A stretch of 35,924 nt of DNA, taken from contig JBEGNB010000360.1 in NCBI GenBank assembly GCA_041182785.1, forward strand, positions 1 to 35,924. The letters are read 5' to 3'. Positions 1-8,600 of the stretch are shown here, one piece after another (position 1 is the first letter of the stretch; each line of letters opens with the position of its first letter). This DNA comes from Bacteroidota bacterium (GTDB taxonomy: Bacteria > Bacteroidota > Bacteroidia > Chitinophagales > Saprospiraceae). The position numbers and the translations under genes are program-made. The notes below the pieces were generated by a model that saw only the letters and a list, made by a program, of their open reading frames with translations, had not been told where the DNA came from and made no database searches.

Positions 1-215
1 AACATCTCCTTGGCTGGCAAGAAGATCCCGTCTGCCTCCAGACTGTTTGCCAGTGTTTCCAGCTGGGGTAGTACGGCCTCAACGGGCACGTAGGCACGTG
101 TCACTTTCGACAACTGCGCCTCGTGTTCCAACTCTTTCTTGTTGGAACAGAGTTTCCAGGTTGTCAGTGCAACGAAAAAAAACAGGGTCAGCCAAAGATA
201 GGTGCGGGTGCGCAT
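1..215 (-). CDS. hypothetical signal-anchored protein, 5' part only (continues past the left window edge)
   Basis: The ATG at 215-213 opens a frame with no stop codon down to base 1; I checked every codon. The translation MRTRTYLWLTLFFFVALTTWKLCSNKKELEHEAQL... starts with basic residues followed by a hydrophobic helix. It is absent from the ORF track because it has no stop inside the window. No family recognised. Confidence 0.35.
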   Translation of the reverse strand, partial: MRTRTYLWLTLFFFVALTTWKLCSNKKELEHEAQLSKVTRAYVPVEAVLPQLETLANSLEADGIFLPAKEM

Positions 216-338
216 AAGACAAGGTATTTCGGTGCAAAACTACGCAAAAGACGCTCCGTTTTACCGAATTGTTTCTTTGTTTGCCAGCAAACGTCAGTGT
301 AGTTAACTTTGACGCTCATTTTATCACAACTTCCAGCC

Positions 339-947
339 ATGCTGATCAAAGCCTCCCGGGTAACCAACCTCACTGATGCCCGTTATTTTGCCGCCCGCGG
401 TGCCAGTTATATCGGATTTAATCTGGAAGAAGGTACCGAAGGCTACCTCGACCCCATTTATATGAAGGCTATCAAGGAATGGCTCGAAGGACCAGGAATC
501 GTAGGTGAGTTCGGAACGGCATCTCCTGCTGTAGCGGCCGAAGCTGCTTCTTTCCTCGGACTGGATGCCGTGCAGATCAATGCCGGCAGCCATCTCGGCG
601 AACTGGGTGATCTGGCGGGAACAGAAACGATTCTGCGGCTCGACGGCCATTCGGGCATTCATGTCATCTCCAGTATCTCTGAGTCTGCAGCCCCGTTTGT
701 CAGCCACTTCCTGCTCGATTTCTCCGGCACAGAAAACTGGACGGAAATACTGGAAAACAATGCCACCGAATGGCTTGACCTCTTCAAAAAGTACAGCGTG
801 TTTGTGCACGCCGACTTCAGCCCGGAACATCCGGGCTGGCTGGCATCAGCGTTTGGCGTGGCCGGTATCAGTGTCACCGGAGGGGAGGAAGAGAAAGTTG
901 GCGTCAAATCATTTGAAGAACTTGACGCCATCCTGGACATGCTCTAA
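339..947 (+). CDS. phosphoribosylanthranilate isomerase (TrpF)-like TIM-barrel protein, divergent
   Basis: Track ORF 309..947 starts at a TTG; I prefer the ATG at 339. MLIKASRVTNLTDARYFAARGASYIGF aligns by eye with the TrpF N-terminus (VKICGITNLEDA...GADxxGF). A later LLD sits where TrpF has its catalytic Asp. The C-terminal ISVTGGEEEKVGVKS sits where TrpF has VSSGVE..G.KD. Confidence 0.5.
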   Translation: MLIKASRVTNLTDARYFAARGASYIGFNLEEGTEGYLDPIYMKAIKEWLEGPGIVGEFGTASPAVAAEAASFLGLDAVQINAGSHLGELGDLAGTETILRLDGHSGIHVISSISESAAPFVSHFLLDFSGTENWTEILENNATEWLDLFKKYSVFVHADFSPEHPGWLASAFGVAGISVTGGEEEKVGVKSFEELDAILDML

Positions 948-2020
948 CCGTGCTTCTGTGCGAAATCGGCCATCAGGCTGGCAAGTACTTCCACACTCGA
1001 TTTGGGCATGGCGTTATACATGCTCGCCCTGAAACCACCCACAGAACGGTGGCCCTTCAGACCGATAATGCCGTTTTCCTTGCAGAGATTCATAAACTGA
1101 CTCTCCAGCGCCGCATACTTTTCTTCCATGACAAAGCAGGCATTCATGGTTGAACGGTCTTCCACAGCTGTTGTGCCCCGGAAAAGCGGATTGCGATCAA
1201 CTTCACTGTACAACACGGAGGCACGAGCCTTCGCTCTCCGTTGCATGGCCTTCAGTCCGCCACTCTTATTTATCCAGCGAAGAGTCAGCATACTCACATA
1301 AATAGGAAATACTGGTGGTGTATTGTACAGGGAGTTTTCCTTGATGAACGTGCGATAGTCGGTCATGGATGGCAGGTGGCGCTTTACGTGCCCGAGCATA
1401 TCCTCGCGCACAATCACGACAGTAGTTCCGGCCGGTCCCAGATTTTTCTGGGCACCGGCGTAAATCAGTCCGAATGGCTCCGGATTGAATGGCCTGCTAA
1501 GAAAGTCGGAAGACATATCACACACCAGCGGAACCGGTGTTTTGGGAAACTTGTGCAACTGGGTACCAAAAATAGTATTGTTGCTGGTGATGTGAAAATA
1601 CCGCGCATCTGCCGGCACCTTGTACTTTTTGGGTATGAATGTGTAATTCTGCTCTTTGGATGAAGCAACCACATCTATTTTTCCAAAAGCTTTCGCCTCT
1701 TTGATAGCCTTGTTTGCCCAGGTACCCGTATCGAGATACGCTGCTGTTTCATCTTCGTTCAAAAGGTTGAACGGAACCTGATAGAACTGCGTGCTCGCAC
1801 CACCGGTCAGCCAAAGTACGTGATAACCTTCGGGCAATCCGATGATTTCCTTCATCAGGGCGTTGGCTTCCTCAATGACAGCCGTGAACTCTGTGCCGCG
1901 GTGCGACAACTCCAGCAGGCTGAGCCCGATACCATTGTAGTTGGCAACAGCACGTGCCGCCTCCTTTATGACCGGTGCAGGCAGAATGGCCGGACCAGCC
2001 GAGAAATTATGTTTTTTCAT
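944..2020 (-). CDS. serC: 3-phosphoserine aminotransferase
   Basis: 358-aa ORF. The N-terminus MKKHNFSAGPAILPAPVIKEA is the characteristic SerC FSAGPA start. Length and overall sequence fit the class-V aminotransferase SerC family. Confidence 0.93.
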   Translation of the reverse strand: MKKHNFSAGPAILPAPVIKEAARAVANYNGIGLSLLELSHRGTEFTAVIEEANALMKEIIGLPEGYHVLWLTGGASTQFYQVPFNLLNEDETAAYLDTGTWANKAIKEAKAFGKIDVVASSKEQNYTFIPKKYKVPADARYFHITSNNTIFGTQLHKFPKTPVPLVCDMSSDFLSRPFNPEPFGLIYAGAQKNLGPAGTTVVIVREDMLGHVKRHLPSMTDYRTFIKENSLYNTPPVFPIYVSMLTLRWINKSGGLKAMQRRAKARASVLYSEVDRNPLFRGTTAVEDRSTMNACFVMEEKYAALESQFMNLCKENGIIGLKGHRSVGGFRASMYNAMPKSSVEVLASLMADFAQKHG

Positions 2021-2069
2021 GTCAGCAGTTGATATTATGACTTGAGATCAACCGGAATTTACCGGCCCG

Positions 2070-2077
2070 CAAAGTTA
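2070..2077 (-). promoter_or_regulatory. candidate Bacteroidota -7 promoter box (TAACTTTG = TAnnTTTG) for serC
   Basis: The plus strand reads caaagtta, which is TAACTTTG on the minus strand, 49 nt upstream of the serC ATG (2020). Motif match only. Confidence 0.3.
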
Positions 2078-2285
2078 CCGGTTTTTTTACTGAGACACCC
2101 GCTGTTGTCAGATTCCAGCGATTTTATTTCAGATGAAGCACCATTATAGAAGATAGATTTCCTCTGACTGTCCAATTTGAATGAAGAATAGTATATTATT
2201 TGGATGTTTAGTCTAAAGCAACTTGATAACCACTTCGCTGTCGTGTTGCCGAAAGTACCTTTGCACCCGATTTTACACGGCCTTC

Positions 2286-4571
2286 ATGACAAAGCATCTC
2301 TACCTAGTACTGCTCCTTTTCTGCTCCTGTTTTTCATCCCTGTCTGCCACCGGCGACCCCGCCGACGCGTTCCGTCTGAATGTGCGGAAAGCCGAAGGGA
2401 CTATCAAGCTGGACGGATTCCTCGATGAAGCATCCTGGAACAAGGATAATTCCGCTGACCGTTTCAAACTGAATTTTCCGAACGATACGGCTTTTTCAAA
2501 GTGGCAGACTGAAGTCTATGCCACTTTCGACGATAATTTCCTGTACTTCGGTGCCGTTTGCTATCAGAAAAGGAGTGATTATACCATTCAAAGTCTCCGC
2601 CGCGATTTCGGACCCGGAACTACGGACGTGCTCAACATCCTGCTTGGTCCGGCCAAAGACGGACTGAACGGTATGGCTTTTGGTATCAGCCCCTACAATG
2701 TTCAGCGTGAAGCACTGATTGATAACGGCTCCAACCTGTCTTTTGAGTGGGATAATAAATGGTACTCGGCTGTTCAGAACTACGACGACCGCTGGGTAGT
2801 GGAAATTGCCATCCCCTTCAAAACACTGCGATACACCGTGGCAGAAGGCGAAAACTCCTGGGAACTTCAGTTCGTGCGCGCCAAGGTGAAGGAGTTTGAA
2901 ACAAGCTCCTGGCGACCAGTGCCGTTCCAGTACAGCCCCCTGAACCTCGCCTTTGCCGGCCGCCTCATGTGGGAAACTCCGCCACCAAAATCAGGTGCCA
3001 ACGTCAGTGTCATTCCCTATGCCATAGGTAATGCATCCCTCAACTACAAGCGATCGCCGAACGACCTGAGTCTCGAAGAGGTTTCAGGGGATATTTCAGG
3101 CAATGTGGGTGCCGATGCGAAAGTGGCTATCACCTCGGGCCTCAACCTCGATCTCACGCTGAACCCCGACTTCAGTCAGGTAGAGGTGGATCGTCAGGTA
3201 CCCAACCTGAGCAGATTCGAACTGTTTTTCCCGGAAGTGCGACAGTTTTTTCTGGAAAACAGGGATCTTTTTTCCATGTTCGGGTTTCCCGGAACCAGAC
3301 CATTCTTCTCCCGCCGTATCGGACTGGGCTACAACCCGGTTAAAGGTCAGAATGAAAGGATACCCATCGTGGGTGGCGTTCGCCTGAGCGGAAAAGTAAC
3401 CGACAATCTCCGTGTGGGATTGCTCAATATGCAAACCCGGCAAAAGACCTGGAATGACAACGCCGCGGTTCCGGCATCCAACTTCACCGTGGCAACTGTT
3501 CAGCAAAAGGTATTCGGAAGAAGTGCCGTGAGCGCCATTCTGGTGAACCGGCAAAACGGTCTCGATAAGCTGAATGGAACACAAAAGGCCGACTGGCAAC
3601 CCTGGAACCGGGTGGCCGGTCTGGAATATAACCTGTTCTCAAAAGATAACCGATGGGAAGGGGAGTGGTACTATCATCGCTCTTTTTCTCCCGATCCGGA
3701 GAAAAGAGGTGGTACGCTGGCCAGCTTCCTCGGGTATGAAGACCGCTTTTTCAACGCCCGGTTTGGATATCAGCGCATTGATTCCACCTACGATGCCGAA
3801 GCTGGATTTGTCCCACGGCCGGGTGTTCAGAGCCTTTTTCCCGGATTCGGCTTTAATTTCTACCCCCGGGGCGGAAAAGCATCTGAACATGTTACGCAGT
3901 TTTATTTCAATGTGGACGGCGATGTGGTACTCGGACTCAACGGTTTCCAGACCGATCACAGTATCTGGGCCTATGGCGGCGCCCGATTCAGAGACCAGTC
4001 ATACTGGAATGTCGGCGGATACAGCGAATTTGTTTATCTGTTCGAACCTTTCGATCCGACAAATCTGTACAAGCCGGGAACACTCCCGCTGCCAGTAGGT
4101 GCTTACCCGACCCGCGGTGTGGGTACAGAGTATTCTTCGGGAACATCCACGGATCTTCAAGGGAATTTCTCCATTCAGGCAGGACAGTTCTTTTCCGGAA
4201 GTATTCTCGCACTCGATGGTCAGCTGTCGTACAGGCGACAACCAATAGGTCTGCTTACCCTCTCTGTTAACTACAACCGGATCCGCCTGCCCGAGCCTTA
4301 TGCCAGTGCCGATATATGGCTCATAGGCCCAAGGTTTGAAGTGTCTTTCCGGAGAGATTTGTTCCTGAGCGGATTTTTTCAGTACAATACACAATCAAAC
4401 AATTTTAATATAAATACACGGGTTCAATGGCGCTTTGCCCCGGCATCCGATGTGTTTCTGGTTTATACAGACAACTCGTTTGCCCAGTCAATAACAGACT
4501 CGGCGGTGCGGTTTCTGTCGCCCAAAAACAAGGCGATTGTCCTGAAATTCGTTTACTGGCTGAATCTGTAA
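2286..4571 (+). CDS. CBM9-like / DUF5916 family outer-membrane-associated protein
   Basis: Track ORF 2223..4571. The ATG at 2286 gives a clean signal peptide (MTKHLYLVLLLFCSCFSSLSATG). The N-terminal IKLDGFLDEASW...FDDNFLYFGAVCY matches the carbohydrate-binding-family-9-like module. The long C-terminal region is rich in aromatic/Gly alternation, and the Bacteroidota proteins I recall with this module carry DUF5916 there. Family assignment is from memory. Confidence 0.65.
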   Translation: MTKHLYLVLLLFCSCFSSLSATGDPADAFRLNVRKAEGTIKLDGFLDEASWNKDNSADRFKLNFPNDTAFSKWQTEVYATFDDNFLYFGAVCYQKRSDYTIQSLRRDFGPGTTDVLNILLGPAKDGLNGMAFGISPYNVQREALIDNGSNLSFEWDNKWYSAVQNYDDRWVVEIAIPFKTLRYTVAEGENSWELQFVRAKVKEFETSSWRPVPFQYSPLNLAFAGRLMWETPPPKSGANVSVIPYAIGNASLNYKRSPNDLSLEEVSGDISGNVGADAKVAITSGLNLDLTLNPDFSQVEVDRQVPNLSRFELFFPEVRQFFLENRDLFSMFGFPGTRPFFSRRIGLGYNPVKGQNERIPIVGGVRLSGKVTDNLRVGLLNMQTRQKTWNDNAAVPASNFTVATVQQKVFGRSAVSAILVNRQNGLDKLNGTQKADWQPWNRVAGLEYNLFSKDNRWEGEWYYHRSFSPDPEKRGGTLASFLGYEDRFFNARFGYQRIDSTYDAEAGFVPRPGVQSLFPGFGFNFYPRGGKASEHVTQFYFNVDGDVVLGLNGFQTDHSIWAYGGARFRDQSYWNVGGYSEFVYLFEPFDPTNLYKPGTLPLPVGAYPTRGVGTEYSSGTSTDLQGNFSIQAGQFFSGSILALDGQLSYRRQPIGLLTLSVNYNRIRLPEPYASADIWLIGPRFEVSFRRDLFLSGFFQYNTQSNNFNINTRVQWRFAPASDVFLVYTDNSFAQSITDSAVRFLSPKNKAIVLKFVYWLNL

Positions 4572-5561
4572 TCAGTAGATGGCTTCGTCATGGGCCAGAT
4601 ACCGCTGTACGTAGTCCTCTATACCGGCTTCCAGGCCATGGAAAGGCTCCTGGTAGCCAGCCGCTCTGATTTTGTCCATCTCCGCCTGGGTGAAATACTG
4701 GTAGGTGTCCCTGATATCCTCCGGGGTATCTACAAACGAGATGTCGGGCTCAAGCCCCAGCGCGTGGAAGGTGGCGTTGGCCAGGTCGAGAAATGAACGC
4801 GCCTTGCCCGTACCCAGATTGTAAATGCCGCTGGCAGGCTTGTTTTCCAGAAAATAGAGCAGTACGTCGGTCACATCCTTCACATAAATGAAGTCGCGGC
4901 TCTGCTCTCCGTCCTTGTAGTCGGGGCGGTGCGACCGAAACAACTGCATGGATCCCGTAGCCTTGATTTTTCTGGCAGTATGCATCACAACCGAGGCCAT
5001 TCTTCCCTTGTGATATTCGTTGGGACCATACACATTAAAGAACTTGAAACCCGCCCAGACGGGTGGTTGTCCTGCTCCTCGTCCCTTTTCTCCAGCCATA
5101 TCCAGTGCCCAGACGTCAAAATCCTGCTTGCTCTGACCGTATGGGTTAAGCGGTTTTAAAAAAGGAATCAGGGTGTGATCGTCAGAAAAACCGAGTTCAC
5201 CCAACCCGTAGGTAGCAGCACTGCTCGCGTAATACAAGGGGATATTGAAACCCGAACAAAGCATCCAGAGCGCACGGGAATACTCCAGATTGAGTTCGTC
5301 AAAAATATCCGTACGCATTTCGGTCGTGTCGGTACGCGCACCCAGGTGCAGGATGGCATCCACATCGAGGTGATTGCGCTCCAGCCACCGCATAAACTGA
5401 ATGCGATGAACCGTACCCCGGTACTCCTTACCTTCGAGATTGCGTTTTTTGTCGTGTCGAAGAAAGTCGTCCACCACCAGCAAATCTGTATATCCGGCTT
5501 CATTAAGCCTTTTTACCATGCAGGATCCAATAAACCCGGCAGCTCCTGTTACAACAATCAT
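4572..5561 (-). CDS. hldD: ADP-L-glycero-D-manno-heptose 6-epimerase
   Basis: MIVVTGAAGFIGSCMVKRLNEAGYTDLLVVDD (Rossmann GxxGxxG), YASSAATYG, FNVYGPNEYHKGRMASVV, IYNLGTGKARSF and YQYFTQAEMDKIRAAGY are collinear with E. coli HldD/RfaD. The start is set at the ATG at 5561. The 54-nt upstream extension of the track ORF contains a promoter-like box. Confidence 0.9.
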   Translation of the reverse strand: MIVVTGAAGFIGSCMVKRLNEAGYTDLLVVDDFLRHDKKRNLEGKEYRGTVHRIQFMRWLERNHLDVDAILHLGARTDTTEMRTDIFDELNLEYSRALWMLCSGFNIPLYYASSAATYGLGELGFSDDHTLIPFLKPLNPYGQSKQDFDVWALDMAGEKGRGAGQPPVWAGFKFFNVYGPNEYHKGRMASVVMHTARKIKATGSMQLFRSHRPDYKDGEQSRDFIYVKDVTDVLLYFLENKPASGIYNLGTGKARSFLDLANATFHALGLEPDISFVDTPEDIRDTYQYFTQAEMDKIRAAGYQEPFHGLEAGIEDYVQRYLAHDEAIY

Positions 5562-5588
5562 AATGTATGAGGTTAGTTGTGTGTCGGG

Positions 5589-5596
5589 CAAAAATA
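5589..5596 (-). promoter_or_regulatory. candidate -7 promoter box (TATTTTTG) for hldD
   Basis: The plus strand reads caaaaata, which is TATTTTTG on the minus strand, 27 nt upstream of the ATG at 5561. Motif match only. Confidence 0.3.
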
Positions 5597-5632
5597 ACCA
5601 ATCCGAATCATACATATCGTCGCTATTTTTGC

Positions 5633-5640
5633 CGCCGTGA
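5633..5640 (+). promoter_or_regulatory. candidate -7 promoter box (TATTTTTG) for lpxH
   Basis: tatttttg lies 63 nt upstream of the ATG at 5704. It sits back-to-back with the hldD box in the 142-bp divergent spacer. Confidence 0.3.
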
Positions 5641-5703
5641 GTCGGCTGACTTCACCCCGGTTGCGAAAACACGTATCCGGTATTCACAACAAACCAGCAT
5701 ATA

Positions 5704-6513
5704 GTGCCAGAACAGAACATGTCTGATTCATCCGGCGAAATACGCCGAATCTACTTTGCTTCCGATTTTCATCTCGGTGCCGACGCTCGCCTTTCGAGCC
5801 GCGAACGTGAAAAGCTGGTTGTAAAGTGGCTAAATATGGTTTCTGCCGATGCCGCGGCCATTTATCTGGTGGGGGATATTTTCGAATTCTGGTTCGAATA
5901 TAAATCCGTTGTGCCGAAAGGTTACACAAGGATACTTGGCAAACTCGCAGAACTGCGCGACTGCGGTATCCGGATTGAAGTTTTCACAGGTAATCACGAT
6001 CAGTGGATGTTCGGCTACTTCGAAGAAGAACTCGGAATACCGGTCCACTACAACCCTGTGGTGGTTAACCTGAACGGAAAATCCTTCTTCATCGGCCACG
6101 GCGACGGTCTCGGCCCCGGCGACTACGGCTACAAGCGCATGAAAAAAGTTTTTACACACCCCGTAAGCCGCTGGCTGTTCGGATGGCTACACCCCGATAT
6201 CGGGGCAAAACTGGCATTTTTTTTCTCAAAGAAAAGCAGAGAGGCCACTCCACCTGAAGAACGAAACTGGCTGGGTGAACCTCAGGAGTGGCTGCTTCAA
6301 TACTGCAACCGGAAGATATCACAGGGAACAGAACCAGATTACTTTGTCTTCGGACATCGCCACCTGCCGGTTGACTGGCTGCTGGAAAACGGAAAAAGCC
6401 GCTATATCAACCTCGGTGAGTGGTTGTGGCATAATTCGTATGCGGTCTTCGATGGCATAGATATGTCTGTCCACTTTTTCGAAAATAACGGCAAAGTCGT
6501 GAAAAACTGGTAA
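5704..6513 (+). CDS. lpxH: UDP-2,3-diacylglucosamine diphosphatase (lipid A biosynthesis)
   Basis: The calcineurin-like metallophosphoesterase motifs appear in LpxH order: SDFHLG, VGDIFEFW, GNHD, GHGD, GHRH. Length is 269 aa. The start could alternatively be the ATG at 5719. Confidence 0.85.
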   Translation: MPEQNMSDSSGEIRRIYFASDFHLGADARLSSREREKLVVKWLNMVSADAAAIYLVGDIFEFWFEYKSVVPKGYTRILGKLAELRDCGIRIEVFTGNHDQWMFGYFEEELGIPVHYNPVVVNLNGKSFFIGHGDGLGPGDYGYKRMKKVFTHPVSRWLFGWLHPDIGAKLAFFFSKKSREATPPEERNWLGEPQEWLLQYCNRKISQGTEPDYFVFGHRHLPVDWLLENGKSRYINLGEWLWHNSYAVFDGIDMSVHFFENNGKVVKNW

Positions 6514-6594
6514 TATCTAACACATAAACGGTACAGACAGCCCTGTTTATTCGCATTTTGTCTATTCAAAAGGGCTGAAACAGGTATTGTGGCG

Positions 6595-6602
6595 TAATTT
6601 TG
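6595..6602 (+). promoter_or_regulatory. candidate -7 promoter box (TAATTTTG) for the S8 peptidase gene
   Basis: taattttg lies 81 nt upstream of the ATG at 6684. It overlaps the start of the longer track ORF (6600), which argues for the downstream start. Confidence 0.25.
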
Positions 6603-6683
6603 AACGGAAATTATCGTTTTCTCCGATGCAGTTCTCTGTGGCTGCACGAATCATATTTACAGCACAAACATCACAACCTAAAC

Positions 6684-8393
6684 ATGAACATTAAAAATCT
6701 TGTCGCCGTTGCAGCACTTTGCCTGCCTGTGGTTCAGGCAACTGCCCAGTCAAAGGCGCCCGAGCATTGGTTCAATCTCGAACAATCAAAGGATAACGTA
6801 AATGGTACCGGTGGAGATGAAGCGCTTCAGCGCCTCAAGCAAAAAGGTAAAAAAGGACAAACGGTCATCGTGGCAGTCCTCGACTCCGGTGTGGAAGTAG
6901 ATCACGAAGATCTCAAGGACGTTATGTGGACAAACCCCAACGAAATTCCGGGTAATGGCAAGGATGATGACAACAACGGCTACGTTGATGATATGCACGG
7001 CTGGAACTTCCTCGGTGGTAAAGACGGCCGCAACATCAACCACGAATCGCTGGAACTCACCCGTGAATATGTTCGCCTCGGCAAGAAATTCGCCAGTGTG
7101 GACGCAAACACGCTGTCCGGTGCCGACAAAAAGGAGTATGAATACTACCTCGGCGTGAAAGAGGCCTTCGAAGACCAGAGAGCCAGTGCCCAGCGCCAGA
7201 TGGAAAAAGTCACAGAACAACTGAAACCCATCGAAAATGCTTTCGATGCCGTGGAAAAAGCGCTCGGAAAGACGGAGTTCACTCAGGATGAGCTCGGAAC
7301 TATCAATGTCAACGGTAATGCCGAACTTCAGGCCTCTGTTGACATGGTAAAGCGTATGATGGGCCAGGGAATGTCTTCCAAAAAAGATCTGGATGATGCC
7401 AAAAAACAAATGTCAGAACAGGTTTACAACCAGCTCGAGTACCAACTGAATCCAAACTTCAACCCGCGTGACATCGTAGGCGACGACCCGTATGACACAA
7501 GCAACCGCTTCTACGGTAATAACGATTACGAAGGCCCGGATGCATTCCACGGAACGCACGTGGCAGGCATCATCGCCGCCAACCGCAATAATGCCGCGGG
7601 TATCCGCGGTGTGGCCGACAATGTAAAAATCATGACGGTTCGCTGTGTACCCGATGGCGATGAACGCGACAAAGACGTTGCCAACGCCATATACTACGCT
7701 GTTGATAATGGTGCCAGTATCATTAATATGTCTTTCGGTAAAGGCTACAGCCCGCAAAAGGACTACGTGGACGCTGCCATGCGCTATGCCGCAGAACATG
7801 ATGTGCTCCTCGTTCACGCAGCCGGTAACGATGCCTCCAATAACGACACAGACACGAACTTCCCTAATGACAACTACAGCAAGGCTGTCAAAAGAGGTTT
7901 GTTCAAAAAGGAAAAAGCAGTACCTACCTGGATGGAAATCGGCGCGCTCCACTATCGCACCGGCGAAGGCCGCGTAGCCCGCTTCAGTAACTACGGCAAG
8001 AAAAATGTTGATCTCTTCTCTCCGGGTGTTCAGCTCTACTCCACAGTGCCCGACGGTGGCTACGGCAATGCCAGCGGTACTTCCATGGCCTGCCCGGCAG
8101 CTGCCGGCGTAGCCGCTATCCTCCGCTCTTACTACCCCGAACTCAGCGCCGTACAGGTAAAGAGCATCCTGGAAAAGTCGGTAAACAAACAAACCGGTGA
8201 AGTAAACAAGCCCGGCACAACTGAAAAGGTTGCATTCACCGAGCTCTGTGTTTCCGGAGGTACCATCAGTGCCCCTAACGCCGTGGAACTCGCTGAAAAA
8301 ACCAAAGCCGCCAAAGCCTCTTCCAAGGCTATCTGGCGTGAAGCAGGTGCAGGTAAAATCAAAACAAATCTGGCCCGTCAGCCAAGAGCCTGA
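6684..8393 (+). CDS. secreted S8 (subtilisin-family) serine peptidase with a large insert between catalytic Asp and His
   Basis: The ATG at 6684 gives the signal peptide MNIKNLVAVAALCLPVVQATAQ. Catalytic motifs are VAVLDSGV (Asp), HGTHVAGIIAA (His) and GTSMACPAAAGVAA (Ser). Confidence 0.9.
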   Translation: MNIKNLVAVAALCLPVVQATAQSKAPEHWFNLEQSKDNVNGTGGDEALQRLKQKGKKGQTVIVAVLDSGVEVDHEDLKDVMWTNPNEIPGNGKDDDNNGYVDDMHGWNFLGGKDGRNINHESLELTREYVRLGKKFASVDANTLSGADKKEYEYYLGVKEAFEDQRASAQRQMEKVTEQLKPIENAFDAVEKALGKTEFTQDELGTINVNGNAELQASVDMVKRMMGQGMSSKKDLDDAKKQMSEQVYNQLEYQLNPNFNPRDIVGDDPYDTSNRFYGNNDYEGPDAFHGTHVAGIIAANRNNAAGIRGVADNVKIMTVRCVPDGDERDKDVANAIYYAVDNGASIINMSFGKGYSPQKDYVDAAMRYAAEHDVLLVHAAGNDASNNDTDTNFPNDNYSKAVKRGLFKKEKAVPTWMEIGALHYRTGEGRVARFSNYGKKNVDLFSPGVQLYSTVPDGGYGNASGTSMACPAAAGVAAILRSYYPELSAVQVKSILEKSVNKQTGEVNKPGTTEKVAFTELCVSGGTISAPNAVELAEKTKAAKASSKAIWREAGAGKIKTNLARQPRA

Positions 8394-8414
8394 ACACCGC
8401 CAGTAAGATAACCC

Positions 8415-8456
8415 GGCCCGCATGCGCTCCCTGCGAACGTATGCGGGCCTTTTTTT
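8415..8456 (+). terminator. rho-independent terminator after the S8 peptidase gene
   Basis: The stem pairs GGCCCGCATGCG (8415-8426) with CGTATGCGGGCC (8438-8449): 12 bp including one G-U, with an 11-nt loop. It is followed by T7 at 8450-8456. Confidence 0.75.
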
Positions 8457-8600
8457 GGAACTTTTAGACCCCTTAAACTGTTTTATAGAATGAGGGTGCT
8501 CCGGATACATACGCTTCCACACACCCTGGCGGAGTCAAAAACTCCCGTTCAATCAAAATTATGTTGTAAATTGCGTTGAAAAACGCTAATCCACACCAGA

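Noticed and set aside
2223-2285. N-terminal extensions offered by the ORF track (also 5562-5615, 6600-6683, 14609-14635, 15661-15774, 20426-20533, 28695-28760, 32218-32325, 32799-32837, 34094-34144)
   Set aside because: In each case an internal ATG yields a clean signal peptide or the canonical family N-terminus. The extension has non-protein-like sequence. Several extensions contain the candidate promoter box.
7413-8522. 369-aa ORF antisense to the S8 peptidase gene
   Set aside because: It lies mostly inside the well-supported peptidase CDS on the opposite strand, and its last ~130 nt cross the terminator region. The composition is junk-like (rich in V/G/C/R/F) with no motifs. It is a typical shadow ORF.
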